Position numbers and translations under genes: made by a program
NCBI GenBank assembly: GCA_963774265.1
Contig: CAVZDU010000001.1
Span: 992,001 to 1,056,000, forward strand
DNA length: 64,000 nucleotides
Source: an uncultured Chloroflexia bacterium
GTDB lineage: Bacteria > Chloroflexota > Anaerolineae > CG2-30-64-16
Reading direction: 5' to 3'
Notes under the pieces: generated by a model
The model's input: only the letters and a program-made list of their open reading frames with translations
Databases searched by the model: none
What the model was told of the DNA's origin: nothing
Shown here: positions 62,804-64,000 of the stretch, piece by piece
Numbering within the stretch: position 1 is the stretch's first letter
Layout: each line of letters opens with the position of its first letter

Positions 62804-64000
62804 GACGGTTCAAGGGTGACGCGGCTTTCGCTCTGATTGGGGGCCTGCTGGCGTTACTCCTGTACGCGGTCACCGCCGCGCGGTCAGTGGCGACCCTGTT
62901 CGATGACAGCCTCGAATTCCACGTCGTGCTGCCCACGCTCGGCATCGCGCACCCCAGCGGCTATCCGCTCTATACGTTGCTCGGCAAAATCGCCAGCACC
63001 GTGCTGCCGGTTTGGGACGCAGCGGGGCGGATCAACCTCCTTTCGGCCTTCTTTGGGGGGGTCGCGGTCGCGATGCTCTACCTCGTTGCGCGGCGCTTCG
63101 CAGGCAGCCGGCCCGCCGCGGCCGTTGCGACGGCCATCTTTGCGCTGTCGCCGACGTGGTGGTCTCAGGCTACGATCGCGGAGGTCTACGCGCTCCACGG
63201 GCTGCTGGTGACCCTCTTCCTCTATTGTCTGCTGCGGTGGGAAGAGAGCCGCATGTTGGGGCGCTCTGATGGATGGCTGTGGGCCGCGGCGTTGACGTGT
63301 GGGCTGGGGTTGGCGCACCACCGGATGATCGCGCTGCTCTTGCCTGCCGCGCTCGTCTTCATATTCTGGACCGATCCACCCCTGCTGCGACGGCCCCGGC
63401 GATGGCTCGCGCCGATCGTGCTCGGGCTGGCACCCTTGTGGCTTTATCTGTATCTCCCCATCCGCGGCCAGGTCGTCAGCTCGCTCGACGGCACTTACCA
63501 GCCGACGTTGGCCGGGACCCTGGACTGGATCCTCGCGCGCGGCTACAGCATCTTTCTCACGGGCAACCCCTTCAATATCGACCGGCGCTGGAACGACTAC
63601 CTGGCGTTGATCCTGCACGAGCTCGGCGCGTTGACGATGCTTGCGGCGCTTCTCGGCCTGGGCTCGGCATTCAGGTTCCAGCGACGCCGTGCGGCCTTCC
63701 TTCTGCTGGCCACGCTCAGCCAGATTGCGTTTGCGGTCGCCTACAAGGTGGAGGACGTAGCGGTGTTCTTCATCCCGGCGTTCATGCTCCTCTGCATCTG
63801 GGCCGCGTGGGGCCTGACGCCATTCTTCGACCAGATGGCGCAGCGGGGAGGACACGCCGGAACCGCGGTGCGCGTGCCGAAACGTTGGATGCCTGCCCTG
63901 CTGGCCGTCTGGCTGCTGCCCGTCGCCGTCGTGATGTTGTTCGAGCCCGTGCGGGACGCGGTGCGCAACTGGCCGGAGCGTGATCGGAGCGACGATCGGC
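62800..64000 (+). CDS. DUF2723 / TMEM260-like membrane glycosyltransferase, 3' truncated (absent from the ORF track because it has no stop in the window)
   Basis: DSLEF...LGIAHPSGYPLY...WSQATIAEVY...LAHH. Confidence 0.85.
   Translation, partial: MRRFKGDAAFALIGGLLALLLYAVTAARSVATLFDDSLEFHVVLPTLGIAHPSGYPLYTLLGKIASTVLPVWDAAGRINLLSAFFGGVAVAMLYLVARRFAGSRPAAAVATAIFALSPTWWSQATIAEVYALHGLLVTLFLYCLLRWEESRMLGRSDGWLWAAALTCGLGLAHHRMIALLLPAALVFIFWTDPPLLRRPRRWLAPIVLGLAPLWLYLYLPIRGQVVSSLDGTYQPTLAGTLDWILARGYSIFLTGNPFNIDRRWNDYLALILHELGALTMLAALLGLGSAFRFQRRRAAFLLLATLSQIAFAVAYKVEDVAVFFIPAFMLLCIWAAWGLTPFFDQMAQRGGHAGTAVRVPKRWMPALLAVWLLPVAVVMLFEPVRDAVRNWPERDRSDDR

Overview
GC-rich bacterial DNA whose gene content (xYLPxI-like motifs, many secreted repeat proteins, mvk plus archaeal-type UbiD) suggests Chloroflexota (Anaerolineae/Caldilineae-like); the taxonomy is inference. 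Many genes, including asnS, carry 1-2 nt indels, especially at about 12.5-23 kb and 52-55.4 kb. These are best read as uncorrected long-read errors, and I reconstructed those genes across frames. The left part (2.3-24.8 kb) is an accessory, mostly minus-strand island. In transcription order it holds two secreted proteins with a shared PTAVxLxSF C-terminal domain and a duplicated ~230-nt upstream region, then an S26-like peptidase, a PqqD/RRE protein, a radical SAM/SPASM enzyme, a hidden Cys-containing YxxPxL precursor peptide, an HPr-kinase-like protein and a gingipain/PorU-like C25 peptidase. These are followed by two M23-like surface proteins, an M14 carboxypeptidase and an FGE-domain protein, and a nucleotidyltransferase is transcribed divergently. 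This RiPP-like cassette embedded among putative sorting-signal proteins is the best candidate for an undescribed system. A RAYT transposase sits at 27.4-28.0 kb with its GTAGAGACG palindromes, which are also dispersed elsewhere in the window. The rest is mostly housekeeping: Lon-like protease, MoxR/DUF58/DUF4129, S9 peptidase, rhomboid, ftsK, a dpp-type ABC transporter, SufR-like regulator, ogt, xerD, PNP, glycosyltransferases, asnS, mvk-ubiD, thpR, an Amt-like protein, Mut7-C and DUF2723. No rRNA, tRNA or CRISPR array was recognised.
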